The position numbers and the translations under genes were made by a program. Below the pieces are notes generated by a model, which saw only the letters and a list, made by a program, of their open reading frames with translations, was not told the DNA's origin and did not search any database. A stretch of DNA of 64,000 bases. Origin: Paraspadella gotoi (lineage: Eukaryota > Animalia > Chaetognatha). The stretch is taken from the NCBI GenBank assembly GCA_051294375.1, contig CM119267.1, forward strand, positions 26,461,324 through 26,525,323, in the 5' to 3' direction. This document shows positions 50,689 to 61,156 of the stretch, in pieces. Within the stretch, counting starts at the first letter, position 1. Each line of letters begins with the position of its first letter.

Positions 50689-51877
50689 GGCCAGCGTTGA
50701 GGGACTGGAAAAAGGCAGCGGCGACGTCCGCAGATGAGGAGCCGGAGGCAGAGGAGACAACGGCCTCACGCAACGAGTGAGCTGAGTTGGAGGAACGAGA
50801 AACGCGATGGAGTTTAGTGTAATGTTCGAAGACGCGCTCGGAGGCCCAACGGCAGTGACCCATGACCTCCTCTTTCGAGGCGCCAAGCATGAGGAGCGTA
50901 ATGGCGCACCCAGCACGGGAGCCATGGGCGGTGAGACCCGGGAGAGCGTCGTCGGGGAGGTAAACGCGAAGACGTCGAGTCGCGTTATTGGAGGAAAACG
51001 GGGTGTCAAGGACGGCGTCGTGCCGTGGGGACTTGGTTGGTCGGAATAGGAAAGAGTTGACAACGTCGAGGCCGTTGGAAGCACAGAGCGCGACGTAACG
51101 ATCGAGAGCCAGAACCGGGCAAAGAAGAGGCTCATCAGGGACGGCGGGAACAACGAGGAGGTCGCCGTCATTCTGGCGAATCGTCTTGCCAAGAGTATGG
51201 TTAAAGAGCAGGGAGCCACAATGGAGTCGGGTGACCTCTCGACCAATGGCGCGGCCGAGGTCGCCGGCACGATCGCCGGCGAACCATTGGGAGGTAAAGA
51301 AGGCGAGGTCGCGAAAGAGAACGAAGCGGTCGGGAAGGAAGGGGGCGGACGGAGGGAGAGAGTCGATACGGCGGGAAATCTCAGATGCGAGAAGGCGAAG
51401 GTGGGTGGAGAAAATGGGCGGAGCCTGACGAGGAGTAACGTGGGCCTTGCGCTGTTCAACGGAGACCGCCTTGAGCCACTTGGAGACCAAGGGAGAAGCG
51501 CAGGGGTTGGAACCGGGGTTGGCGGAGGAGGAGGAGTCGACGCGGCCGATGGAGTTAAAGGCCGCCCTGAGCTTGCCGATGATGGAGTCGACGGTGCCAG
51601 CGGCAAGATGAAAGGGACAAGGGCAGGGATGAGAGCCATGGAGACCAAGAAAAGGACAGCCGAGAGCGTGGACTTGGGTGCGACCCCGAGAATCCCGGTG
51701 ATGCAGAAAACGGCAGACGTCGTCGGGGGTGGCGGTAGCAAGAGAACGCGGAGAACGAGTCGGGGAGACATCTAGCAGAAACGCTTCAAAATCGGACACA
51801 AGCTTCGACTTCTGCTTCTCGTAGGAAGTGAGATCAATGTGTGAGAAAAGTTCCGATTTACGCGCGAGATAATTATC
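50689..51877 (-). CDS. Tyrosine recombinase
   Basis: R (AGDRAGDL), HxxR (HGSR), W (MGHCRW), Y (EHY); N-terminal H..C..C-C motif (QVHALGC..CPCP). Confidence 0.92.
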
Positions 51878-51898
51878 CTGAAACAAAATGAAAAGACA

Positions 51899-53744
51899 TT
51901 AATCCTGAGGCGAAACACCAAAGGTGGAGCGGAGAATGGAAAGTAAATGGCGAGAGAGCTTGGTAAGCCCAGACGCATCGAGATGTACATCATCCTTAAG
52001 GTCGGCAAATCTAATGTGTTCATTTGAAATAAAAGTCCAATTGGGGCGAGCACAGAGGGCCCGCAGCGAGTCATTCCCTAGCGAGATCCTGCGATTGATA
52101 GAAGAGGATTGAGACTGACAGATCCCGGAAAGGGGGAATCTGACCGGCGACCTGGAAGGAGGCCAGGGCCTGAGACAGGTAACAGCAAGAGGAAGGGAAG
52201 ACAGAACGAAACGAGACGTCGTCAAGGCGAGAGGCGTCATTGACACCAGCATGTAGAACGAGACCGTCAAAGGAGAAGGACCTTCAAAGCCTTGAGAACG
52301 ACATCCCGCAGAGTGCCGCCGGAGATGCAGAAGAGAGAGAACTGAAAGGGTAGAGGCCAGTGCAGAGAGAGAAGAGGACGAAACACAGAGTCGGAGACGA
52401 GGAGAATCCTCACGGTGGGAGGCGGCAAAGACGGAGGAACGGAAGATGGGGGAAAACGGCAAGACACGGCGAGGAGTCCGAAGGAAAGGGGGAGGCGATT
52501 GGAGACAAAGCCTGAGGACGAAGGAAAGTCGAGGACACCGATGTCGGAGGGAGAAGAGAGAAGCTTCTGGTCGGAGATGAAAGGGCGCAGAAGCGAGTGC
52601 CAGGCGGGGCGACGAGAGAAAAGCGGAAGCACAAGGACAGCGTGACAAGAGCCCCACTCGAGCAGAAGCCGGATCAAGGGAGGAATCATCACAAAGGGAG
52701 GAAAGGCATAAAGAGTCCCGGCGGGGCGGGACTGGGAGAAGACGTTAACGCCCTGGGCCCCAGGAGATGGGTGCGGGGAGAAGAATGGAATGGGCGAGCC
52801 ATGTGGGTCGCAGAAGGCGTTCGAAGGGAGAGCCATGAGATCGATAGAGAAAGGGCCAAATAGACCAAATGCGGAGACCAAGGCATCAGAGCGCTGAAGA
52901 GCGCGCGAAGGGGCATCAGCCGGGTTGGAATGAGTAGGAACCCACAGAAGGGTGAGAAGAGCGTTATGCTCCAGGCAAAGAAGAAAGAGATCCTTGAGAA
53001 CGGCGGTGAGTTCAAGAGATCTAGATCGAAGACCAGACCAGGCATGGTAAAGAGCTTGATTGTCGACAGAGACGTCAACGCGACGGTTGGTGATTGACGC
53101 GGATATGGCCTGAAGGGCGTAAAACACGGCGGTGGCTTCCTTAACGCTGATGTCACTGGTGATAAAAGAGTCCGTCCAGTAATCTCGAAGAACCAATGGG
53201 CCGGACTTCAGCGCCCCAAGCATGGCCGGAAGCATCAGTAAAGAGGCGAAGGTCGAGATGCTGATGTCGGCGAAAAGGGATAGGATCGGAACAGGAATCA
53301 ACGAACGACCAGAAAGAGATCTCGTCCACGACAAGCGGAGGGAGCGGAGAGGGGATCTCAGAAAGTGAAGGAATGAGGGAACGACATTGAAGAGTGAACA
53401 AAGAGGAAGCTGGAAAAACGAGACGAAGGTGGTTACATTTCCCGACGAACGACTGAATGTCATGGAGGGTAGCAAGACGCGATGAGAGCAAGCGTTCGCG
53501 AAGAGAGCCGAACTTAAGCTTGAGCTTGTCGGGAAGGAAGAAGGCAGAAGAGGCACTGTCGATGCCAAAGCGGAGATGGACAAGGCGTTGAACGGGAGAG
53601 ATCTGGCTTTTGGATGGAGAGATAAAGTATCCGAGAAGGTAGGCCGTGTAGAGCAGACAGTAAGAGGCGCGCTCCGCTTGACGGAGTTTGGTGTCCTGGG
53701 GGGGGCAAAAGAAAGGCGAATGTGTGAAAATAAGGAAGAAAGAG
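51899..53744 (-). CDS. Pol C-terminal part: RT thumb, RNase H, N6-adenine methyltransferase-like domain, SGNH hydrolase (small indels near 53210, 52280, 52150)
   Basis: LGYFISPSKS; LFTDAS, ISVKEATA, VDNQ, NPADAPSR; IDLMA, YAFPPF; ILLVSDS, SGG, HAGVND, DDVHL. Confidence 0.85.
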
Positions 53745-54677
53745 TCAAAGTTTAGGGGCAAGGCCCAAGAAGCGATCATCTATCCAGAGCTCAGTGTGGA
53801 CGCCCCGGTCTCTGAGCCAATCCGAAAGAACTTCACCGATGGTTGTATAAACATAAGCGGCGTTCTTCCAACCAAAGGGGAGGGTGGTGTCGCAGAACCA
53901 CCAACCAGCCCACTCGAAGCCACAGAAAGTGTAGGAGGCAGGAGAGAGGGCGACGTGCTTGTAGCCCTGAACATCATCGAAAGAAGAAAAGTAAGAGCCG
54001 ACGGGGATAGTGCGAACTATGTCGGAGAGCGGCGTCAAAGAAAAGGGCGAGTCGCGGCAGAAAAGATTAACGGCCCGCATCGAGTTGATAAGACGGGGTT
54101 TCGAAGGTTCGACGGAGAGAGCATTCACGACCCTCGGAGGGGGATCGGAGCCGACACGACCAAGGCAGAGAATACTACCCTCGCGGAGGCGTTGAGTGAT
54201 GGTGTCGGAAATGAAGTCCTGGAACTCCCAGCAAATGGGAGCGTTCTGGAAGTACATGTGGGGGGGAGTGACCGAGTCAAAAGAGCGACCGTTGAATGTT
54301 CCCGTATAATGCGAGAAAAAGGACGGTATGTGGACGCCATCTCGGAGCCATGGGCGAACGATCTCGTAACGAGGAATATCTTTCATCAGAGACTCCCATG
54401 CATTAAAATTTTGTTTGAGGTTGCCGCAAACGAAGGAAAGAGGGTTACGGAGGCGGAGAAGGTCAAAACGGGGAGCCAGTCGACCGGCGAGGACGTCGGA
54501 TGGCGAAGGGAGGACGTCGTAATCGGGAGCGGAAGCAGGAGAACCGTGGAGGTCGACCCAGGAGATAGTGGTGGAGGAAGGGCGCACGCTAGACGGATCG
54601 AACGAGGGCGCAGAGATAAGCGAACGAGCGGCACGGCGACGAAGGTAACGAGCGAAGTCCTGAAGGGAAACGAACAA
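53745..54677 (-). CDS. Reverse transcriptase, fingers/palm up to the catalytic motif
   Basis: KPRLI, SSFDDVQGYKHV, LPFGW, WIDD. Confidence 0.92.
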   Translation of the reverse strand: MFVSLQDFARYLRRRAARSLISAPSFDPSSVRPSSTTISWVDLHGSPASAPDYDVLPSPSDVLAGRLAPRFDLLRLRNPLSFVCGNLKQNFNAWESLMKDIPRYEIVRPWLRDGVHIPSFFSHYTGTFNGRSFDSVTPPHMYFQNAPICWEFQDFISDTITQRLREGSILCLGRVGSDPPPRVVNALSVEPSKPRLINSMRAVNLFCRDSPFSLTPLSDIVRTIPVGSYFSSFDDVQGYKHVALSPASYTFCGFEWAGWWFCDTTLPFGWKNAAYVYTTIGEVLSDWLRDRGVHTELWIDDRFLGLAPKL

Positions 54678-55249
54678 AGGGATGAGAGTAGAGCGGGAGA
54701 GTGAGACGCGTCGAGACCAAGAGCGAGCGGAGGCCGAAACAGGCGGGGCTCAACCGCACCCGGTGCGGGAGCAACAACGAGCTGCGAATCCACCAGAGTT
54801 GTAGAACAACTCCTGGATAGGCAAATGCACTGCATCCAATGCAGGGGAAGATCCAGACGCGGACCAACCAGTCGTAGAACGAAACTGGGCGGTGGAGTCC
54901 AAACTCCGAGAGAACTGAGGTTGTAGAACAAGCGACAGCTCTCCGCTGATATGGTCCGGCAGGATCTAAACAGGGCCAACGTGAAAGGGGCTCGAAGAAG
55001 GCCAAACACAATCGGAAGCCGACGCGTTGCTAGGCCAGAGCCGCGAATGTGCGAAGCAAAGAAAAGGGCCCTACATGACAAGCATGCAAACAAATCGCGC
55101 ATGTAACTAAACCAAAGAAACACTCACCTCAAGTCTAGAGACGAGGGGAGGTGCGGCGACGATAATCTGAAAACAAGGGCCCGATACATATCACAGATCA
55201 CGAATATCACCGAAGACTGACAGTTTGATAAATTGAAAGAAGGCAAAAT

Positions 55250-56589
55250 TTATTGGCTCTTTGAGTCCGGACAGTCGCGGGCCATATGGCCAGCTTTGAG
55301 ACACTTGAAGCACTTGTCCGTAGAGCTGAAGGTCTTCTTCGACGGTGAGGAGTGTTGGGAGTTGCGAGACCCATAAGAATAATAACGGCCGCGGGAATAG
55401 GTATTACGACCGTTGTTGGAGAATGAACGACCCCTGGAGTTGTCCTTTTGAAGGAGGAACCTGTCTACGCGACGAGCGAGGTCTGAGTTGGCACGACCCG
55501 ACATTTCGGCGTAAATCAGGGCAGCGACGCCGGGTTTGCGGGCATCGACATGGGCTTTGCAAGCGTCAAGGACAACGTCGAGGTTGGAGCGAAAATTGCG
55601 AGCTTCAATCCTCCGAGTCGAAGGCATAGACCTGGAGGAAGCCAACTTGCGCAGCTGGGACATGTAATCAAAGATGACGTCGTAGAAGCAAGGAAGGGGC
55701 CGGGATTCGTCGGCCATGCGGCGTTTGCAGAGCTCGATAAGCTTGGTCCGCACGTCCTTCATGCTCTGGAAAACACAATGCGTTAGGGAGGGGGGGGAAA
55801 GCCCAACAGGAAACCCGAGAGGGGAAGGGAGAAACAAGGCGAAGAGACAATAAAAGAAAACAACACAAAAGGGCTGACCTCGGTGGCGATCTTGTTGAAG
55901 GATTGAGACAAACACTGACGATTAGCTGACTTAGAAGTGGAGGAGGCGGCGGAGTCGTCGACGGGAGCGTCAGCCTTGTCTTCGTCGACCTCGCTGAGAT
56001 CCGAATCGGAGATGTCCTCGTATTGGACCAATTTGACAGGTTCGGAAGCGGTGGCCACATCGGAAGCACTGGATGTGGAGGGAGTAGCGTCGGCAGAAGA
56101 GGACTTGGAAGACGAACTTTTGGAGGAAGACTTGCCAGATGAGGACTTGGAGGACGACTTGGATGAAGAAGGCGGGACGGAAGACTCCCTGGAGCGTTTG
56201 GAAGAAGACGAAGACGGGGAAGACGAGCGCTTGGAGTGGGAGGCCGACATAAAGTCGTCGCGAAGCAGGCGGCGGAAAACGGATTTTACCCTGAGGAATT
56301 CCAGCTTACTGGAGACTGTCGTTGACTTGGAACTTCCGACAAAGAGAGCTTGGATGAGGGCAAAGGCCTCACGACCGTCTTCGGAGTCAGCGCCAATGAG
56401 ACGAAAGTCCTGGAGGGAGCAGACACCATTGGAAGTAAGCTTGGCGACGGACGCAGGCTGGAGGCCAAAGTGAACGCAAACGCTCTGTACGCGACGATCA
56501 AGTCGGCAATCGGAGCCATATGGATTGACGCCGTCGGCGAGAGGGGTAACGGCGCCGTCGGGAAAATCAGCAGGAGAGACGTCCGGCAT
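55250..56589 (-). CDS. gag: Spliced Gag-like protein (~408 aa; exons 55879-56589 and 55250-55765) with C-terminal CCHC knuckle
   Basis: ATG at 56589; intron GAG|GTCAGC...CTAAC...TTTTCCAG|AGC joins the exons in phase; CFKCLKAGHMARDC. Confidence 0.82.
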
Positions 56590-57849
56590 AGCGTAAAAAG
56601 GATCCGATTCGAAGATTAATAAAAACTGAGAATAAAAACCTGAAGAAAGAAACAGACAAAGAAAAACGAAAAATGGCAAAAAAACGAGGGAAAGCAATGG
56701 GGAGAGGGGGACACAAGGGACGAATGTTCACGCGAAGTCCTGAGGGAGCGAGTGCAACAACGAGTGAAGGAGTCAACCGATTAGATAACCAGTCTCGGTG
56801 TCATTCTGGTTCGTTTTTTCACAAAGCTCTATTTTTAACTAAAAAAGTTTTTTTAAAAAAAAAAAACTTTTTTTCTTTTTTCATTTTGTTCGCACGAGCC
56901 CAGGGGTGTTGAAGACTCAAAATATGGAAATTCACCATTTTTTAGTATTTGTTTAGCTTTTTCTACGTTATTTTTGTTATATATAATATCTATTCTTTAT
57001 ATCAGTTAGATTACTTCTGATAATGATTTTAATTTATCGCTATTTAACTGTTTTAAAACGCATTCATAAAAAAAATTTAGTTTAGCTTAAGCCAAGGGTT
57101 GTTGAAGAGCTAAAATGTTTTAAAAATTTTTTTTAATATTTATAAATTATAATTTATTATGTTTTTTAAAGATAACCTATTTTTAAATTATGGTGAATGA
57201 ATATTTGATATCTTTAAATGCATTGAGGCGACTTACCACAGCTTAAAGTTAATCAATTAATTTAATAATGTTTTTTAAAAAACTGAAAACCCCAAAAACT
57301 CTATGATTCAAAGCAATTAATTTTAATATTTAATCACAAAATAATAATTTTATAAGATAAAATTATTTAAATAAATATTCGGATATACTATAAAAAATTG
57401 TTTACTTTAATACTATATAAATATAATTATATCTATATTATAAATATAAATATAAAAAAATGAATCTGAATATTAAATTTTGTAACGGATAAGAATAATA
57501 GTTTGGTTAACTCTGATATACAATATTTGTTCATTAAATAAAAATAATTTTTATTTAATATACAATAATTTTTTCAACTAAATAATTAAATAATTGTTTA
57601 AACAAGAAGTTTTTGTTTTCTCACTAAATCTAAAAACACAAGAAAAAGAAAGTTATGATTTATAAAAGATTCATTGAAAAGTAATCCTTTCTTTTTCGCT
57701 TGTTACCTAATTAATTAGAGAATGGACAAAGTTTTTGTTTGCAAACGAATTTTATTTATAAGTTGAACAGACAATGTTTCGACTTGATAATTTATTTGTT
57801 TATTATTAGTTTAAAAAATCTTTAAGTTTATTAATTTTATTCTCTTTCC

Positions 57850-58060
57850 CTTTACATTGTTTGTACATTGTCCAATGTAAAGATTTTCTCTCTTCTCTCT
57901 CTCTTTCTCTCTCTTCCATTCTCCCTCAATTTCAAAATGTTTCACCAAACCACTCCTGCCCTGTTCTTACCTTCACCTGTCTCAACAATCTGACCACTGT
58001 CCTTTAACTCAATTCTTTTGTTGGAAACACACTCTCGTCTCTCTCTCTCTCTCTCTCTCA
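57850..58060 (+). repeat. Degraded PLE pseudo-LTR remnant
   Basis: ttcttaccttcacctgtc..tctgaccactgtcc..caattcttttgttggaaac matches 12640-12705. Confidence 0.7.
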
Positions 58061-58714
58061 TTGAAACTCAATGTTAAAGAGAAACAAGTTTGAGCAAACA
58101 ATGTCGGATCTGCCTACGATAAATTAATTAATTAATAGATTAATTAATTAATTAATAGATTAATTATAATTTATATTCAGCTTTGTCATCATCGATGTCC
58201 TTAAAATTGAGTCAGGACAGTTATTAAATGTTTTGTTTACATTTTATCAAAACAAACAAATATCCTCTATTATCGAGCAAGGCGGGCAAAGCCCGTCCTG
58301 GCTAGATTTTGATTCGGTTTAGCTTTCGGTCTCGCTTTTTTGCAATCATGGCTTCTGAAAATGTGATATCATAGGGAGTTGAATTTTCATATATGGCTTC
58401 TAATCATCAAGATCTTTAAAATTCTCATGTTTCATATCAATATTGGTATTTGTTTATGTTTTATTTACAAAACAAAAAACGTTTTATTTATAATTATATG
58501 TCGCTCTCTCATCTCTCTTTCTTTTAAATATATGTCGCTCTCTCTCTCTCTTTTTCTCCGTCACTGCTTCTTCTGATTTGTTAAAAACGAGTTCCGGCTC
58601 TGCAGCGTCTGTCCAGCTTCTTTCTCTCCTCTCTCTCTCTTTCTCTCTTCTCTTTTTTTTTTTACAAAAAATTTTTTGTAGATATAATGTGGGTTCACTA
58701 ATGTAAAAAAAGAA

Positions 58715-58782
58715 TGCCGCGAACAGGGTGCAAACCCGGGTCCTTTGGGTAGAGAAGAGCTCACGCTACGTGCGGCGCCATA
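58715..58782 (-). repeat. tRNA-like SINE head remnant
   Basis: atggcgccgcac...acccaaaggacccgggtttgcaccc resembles 19797-19868. Confidence 0.45.
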
Positions 58783-61156
58783 AGTAACTGCTGATTCTTT
58801 AACGAGTAAAGGGGCTGTAGAGCTTCTCTTCTCTCTCTCTTAATTATTAATATATCGCTCTTTCTCTTCTCTTTTTCTCTGCGCAGCGGCTGTCTCTCTC
58901 TCTCTTTTTTTCTCTCTCTTCTCTCTCTCTCTGTCTCTCTGTGTGTGTCTGTCCCTCTCTGTCCGATCTCTTGCGTGATCGTTTGTTTTTTTGAAAAATT
59001 CTGATTATTTTTTTCCTTCATAAAAACTTTTTAATATTGCCATTTATTCCGCGCTTTTTTTCAATACAAAATCCCATATTTTCATCCGAGATTTTCGTGG
59101 ATTTATTCTTCTCTCTCATCCTCTCTGTCTCTTCTCTCTTTCTCTCTCTTCTCTTCTCTCTTCTCTCTTTCACTCATTACACGTTGTTTTTATCTACGCA
59201 TCAAACAATCAAGATCTTATTTAGACAACCAAATTTCTGAACTTAACTAATTACGCATCTTTCTTGATCTCATTGGTTAGTACGAACCTCACCTCATTTA
59301 AAAAAACGTTGTCTCAAGTTATCTCCTTCTTAAATTCACACTTAGAAACTTCCCAAGTAAATTTCTATGAGTTAAAAAATACGGTAGACATGATTTCTCA
59401 ATGATGATGTTTATTCTAATCATCATTAACTGCGTAATTTTTAGATTATAAGTATGCTTGAATTTTTATGGTACAGATAATTTTTAAAAAGGAAATCGAA
59501 TTCCTTAATAAGAATCTTCATGTTTATTACTTATACAAACATTTTAGGTAAGAACGGCACATTATTGATACATTTTTTTTTTCCTTCATAACGCTTTTCC
59601 CTGATCTATTTTTATCTTTCACCTGCTTTTCTTCTCTTTCTTAATATTTCGCTCTTCCTCTTTCCTCCCTTACTTCTCACGCTGTCACTGTACTATTTTT
59701 CGCCCCTACCTTTTTCTGGCACTCATGCACTTTCCTCACCTTTTTTTCTCATCTTCATTCTTTCCCTTTCTTTTCCCTCTTTTTCTTTCCATTTTCGCCT
59801 TTCTTTTCTCAACCTTACAATTGTTTTCAACTATTTTTTCCAAAATATTGGCCCATTTCGTTTTTTTTGCACTTTCACCCTCTCTTTCATTCTCTCCACT
59901 TCTCGCTTCTTTCTTTGTTTTCCTTCCTTTCTTCTCACTATGTTTACATTGAAGCCAAATCAAAAGAATTCATTAATAAGCATTATAAGAAGGAAAATGA
60001 ACGGTAGCGCATGATTTTATTCAATTTTGGTTGCCTAGCAAATTTTAGTAAAATGCGACCAGATTTTGCGGAAAATTTTCGCAAAATCTGTCGATTCATG
60101 AGAAAAAAAACAAGTCTGTACGCTTTTCCATTTGGTAAAAGTATGCGGTTTTTTTTAAATGTAATTCAAGGTCAGTATGTACCTCATCTTTTAAAAAACT
60201 AATAAATCAGTTGGAAAATATTCCTTTAATCAAAAATAAGAATGCAAGTCCACAAAAAGTCACAAATTAAAATAACGTCTTTAAAATGATTGTGCTAAAC
60301 CAAAAGAAGTTTTTTGGATAAATTGTTATTTTAGGTGTTAAAAGCTTATTCAATAGGCTAATTTTCTGTTAATTTCAACCAATTTGATTCATTTTTGTTT
60401 AAGCATTATGATAAAGACTGAAACTGAACTTTTTGAACTTGTTACTTTAAAATTAATTCATATGGCAAACTATAAATGATTTAAGCTAATAAATTTACCC
60501 AGGGGTAAAAGAAGATAAGAAAGACGGATTTCCAAAGTAAAAAAATTTTCTCAAACTTTCCTTGGATTTCAATCAGGAAAGTCGTAAGTAAAAAAATGAG
60601 CAAAATGGACATAAAATTTTTTTTCCTAAAAGTTGCCAAAAATGGTACTCATTTTATCATTACATACGGGTGGGTGATGTTTCTAAACACAATCCTTCTT
60701 TTCGCCCTAAAATTTGTGTTCCTGGTACAAAGTTAATCAACATTGTAAAGTAACAGCTGGAACAATATTGGAAAAGAGTCGTTTTTTTCTCTAAAAGTGC
60801 AAACGTTTGTACGGCGTGAACCTATATTAAAGAAAAAAATTTTTTTCAAAAATTTCTCATTTTGCATATGCCTATATTAATGCAATAATATGCATAATAT
60901 GACAATAGTACTTAACACATAAAAAAATGTTAAAATTTTTAAAATATGATATATTTTTTAAGCCCAATTCGAATTCCTCACGAAGTTGATAAAAAGAAAA
61001 TATACTTTTTTTAGAAAAATTATTTTCTTGTGGGTCAAATCCCTAAAAAATGTTATAGTTAACTTATATTTAATTTAGTATAAAAATATGTTTTTTAATT
61101 TTTAGCTTATTATGAGAATTTTTATTTTATATCTTTAGTAGCATACATAGCACATA

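Larger units (their letters stand above)
50689..56815 (-). mobile_element. Near-complete tyrosine-recombinase (DIRS-like) retrotransposon: gag - RT/RH/MT/SGNH - YR
   Basis: GC-rich 6.1-kb block with all domains in order; 3' end lost in an N gap; 5' boundary approximate. Confidence 0.93.

Noticed and set aside
50362-51771. 469-aa alternative-frame ORF over YR, and antisense ORFs 53688-54704 and 55937-56473
   Set aside because: No recognisable motifs; expected in GC-rich, codon-biased sequence; the first is extended by N gaps
56900-61150. Upstream KANSL3 exons
   Set aside because: No convincing coding exon seen; AT-rich repeats and low-complexity sequence only
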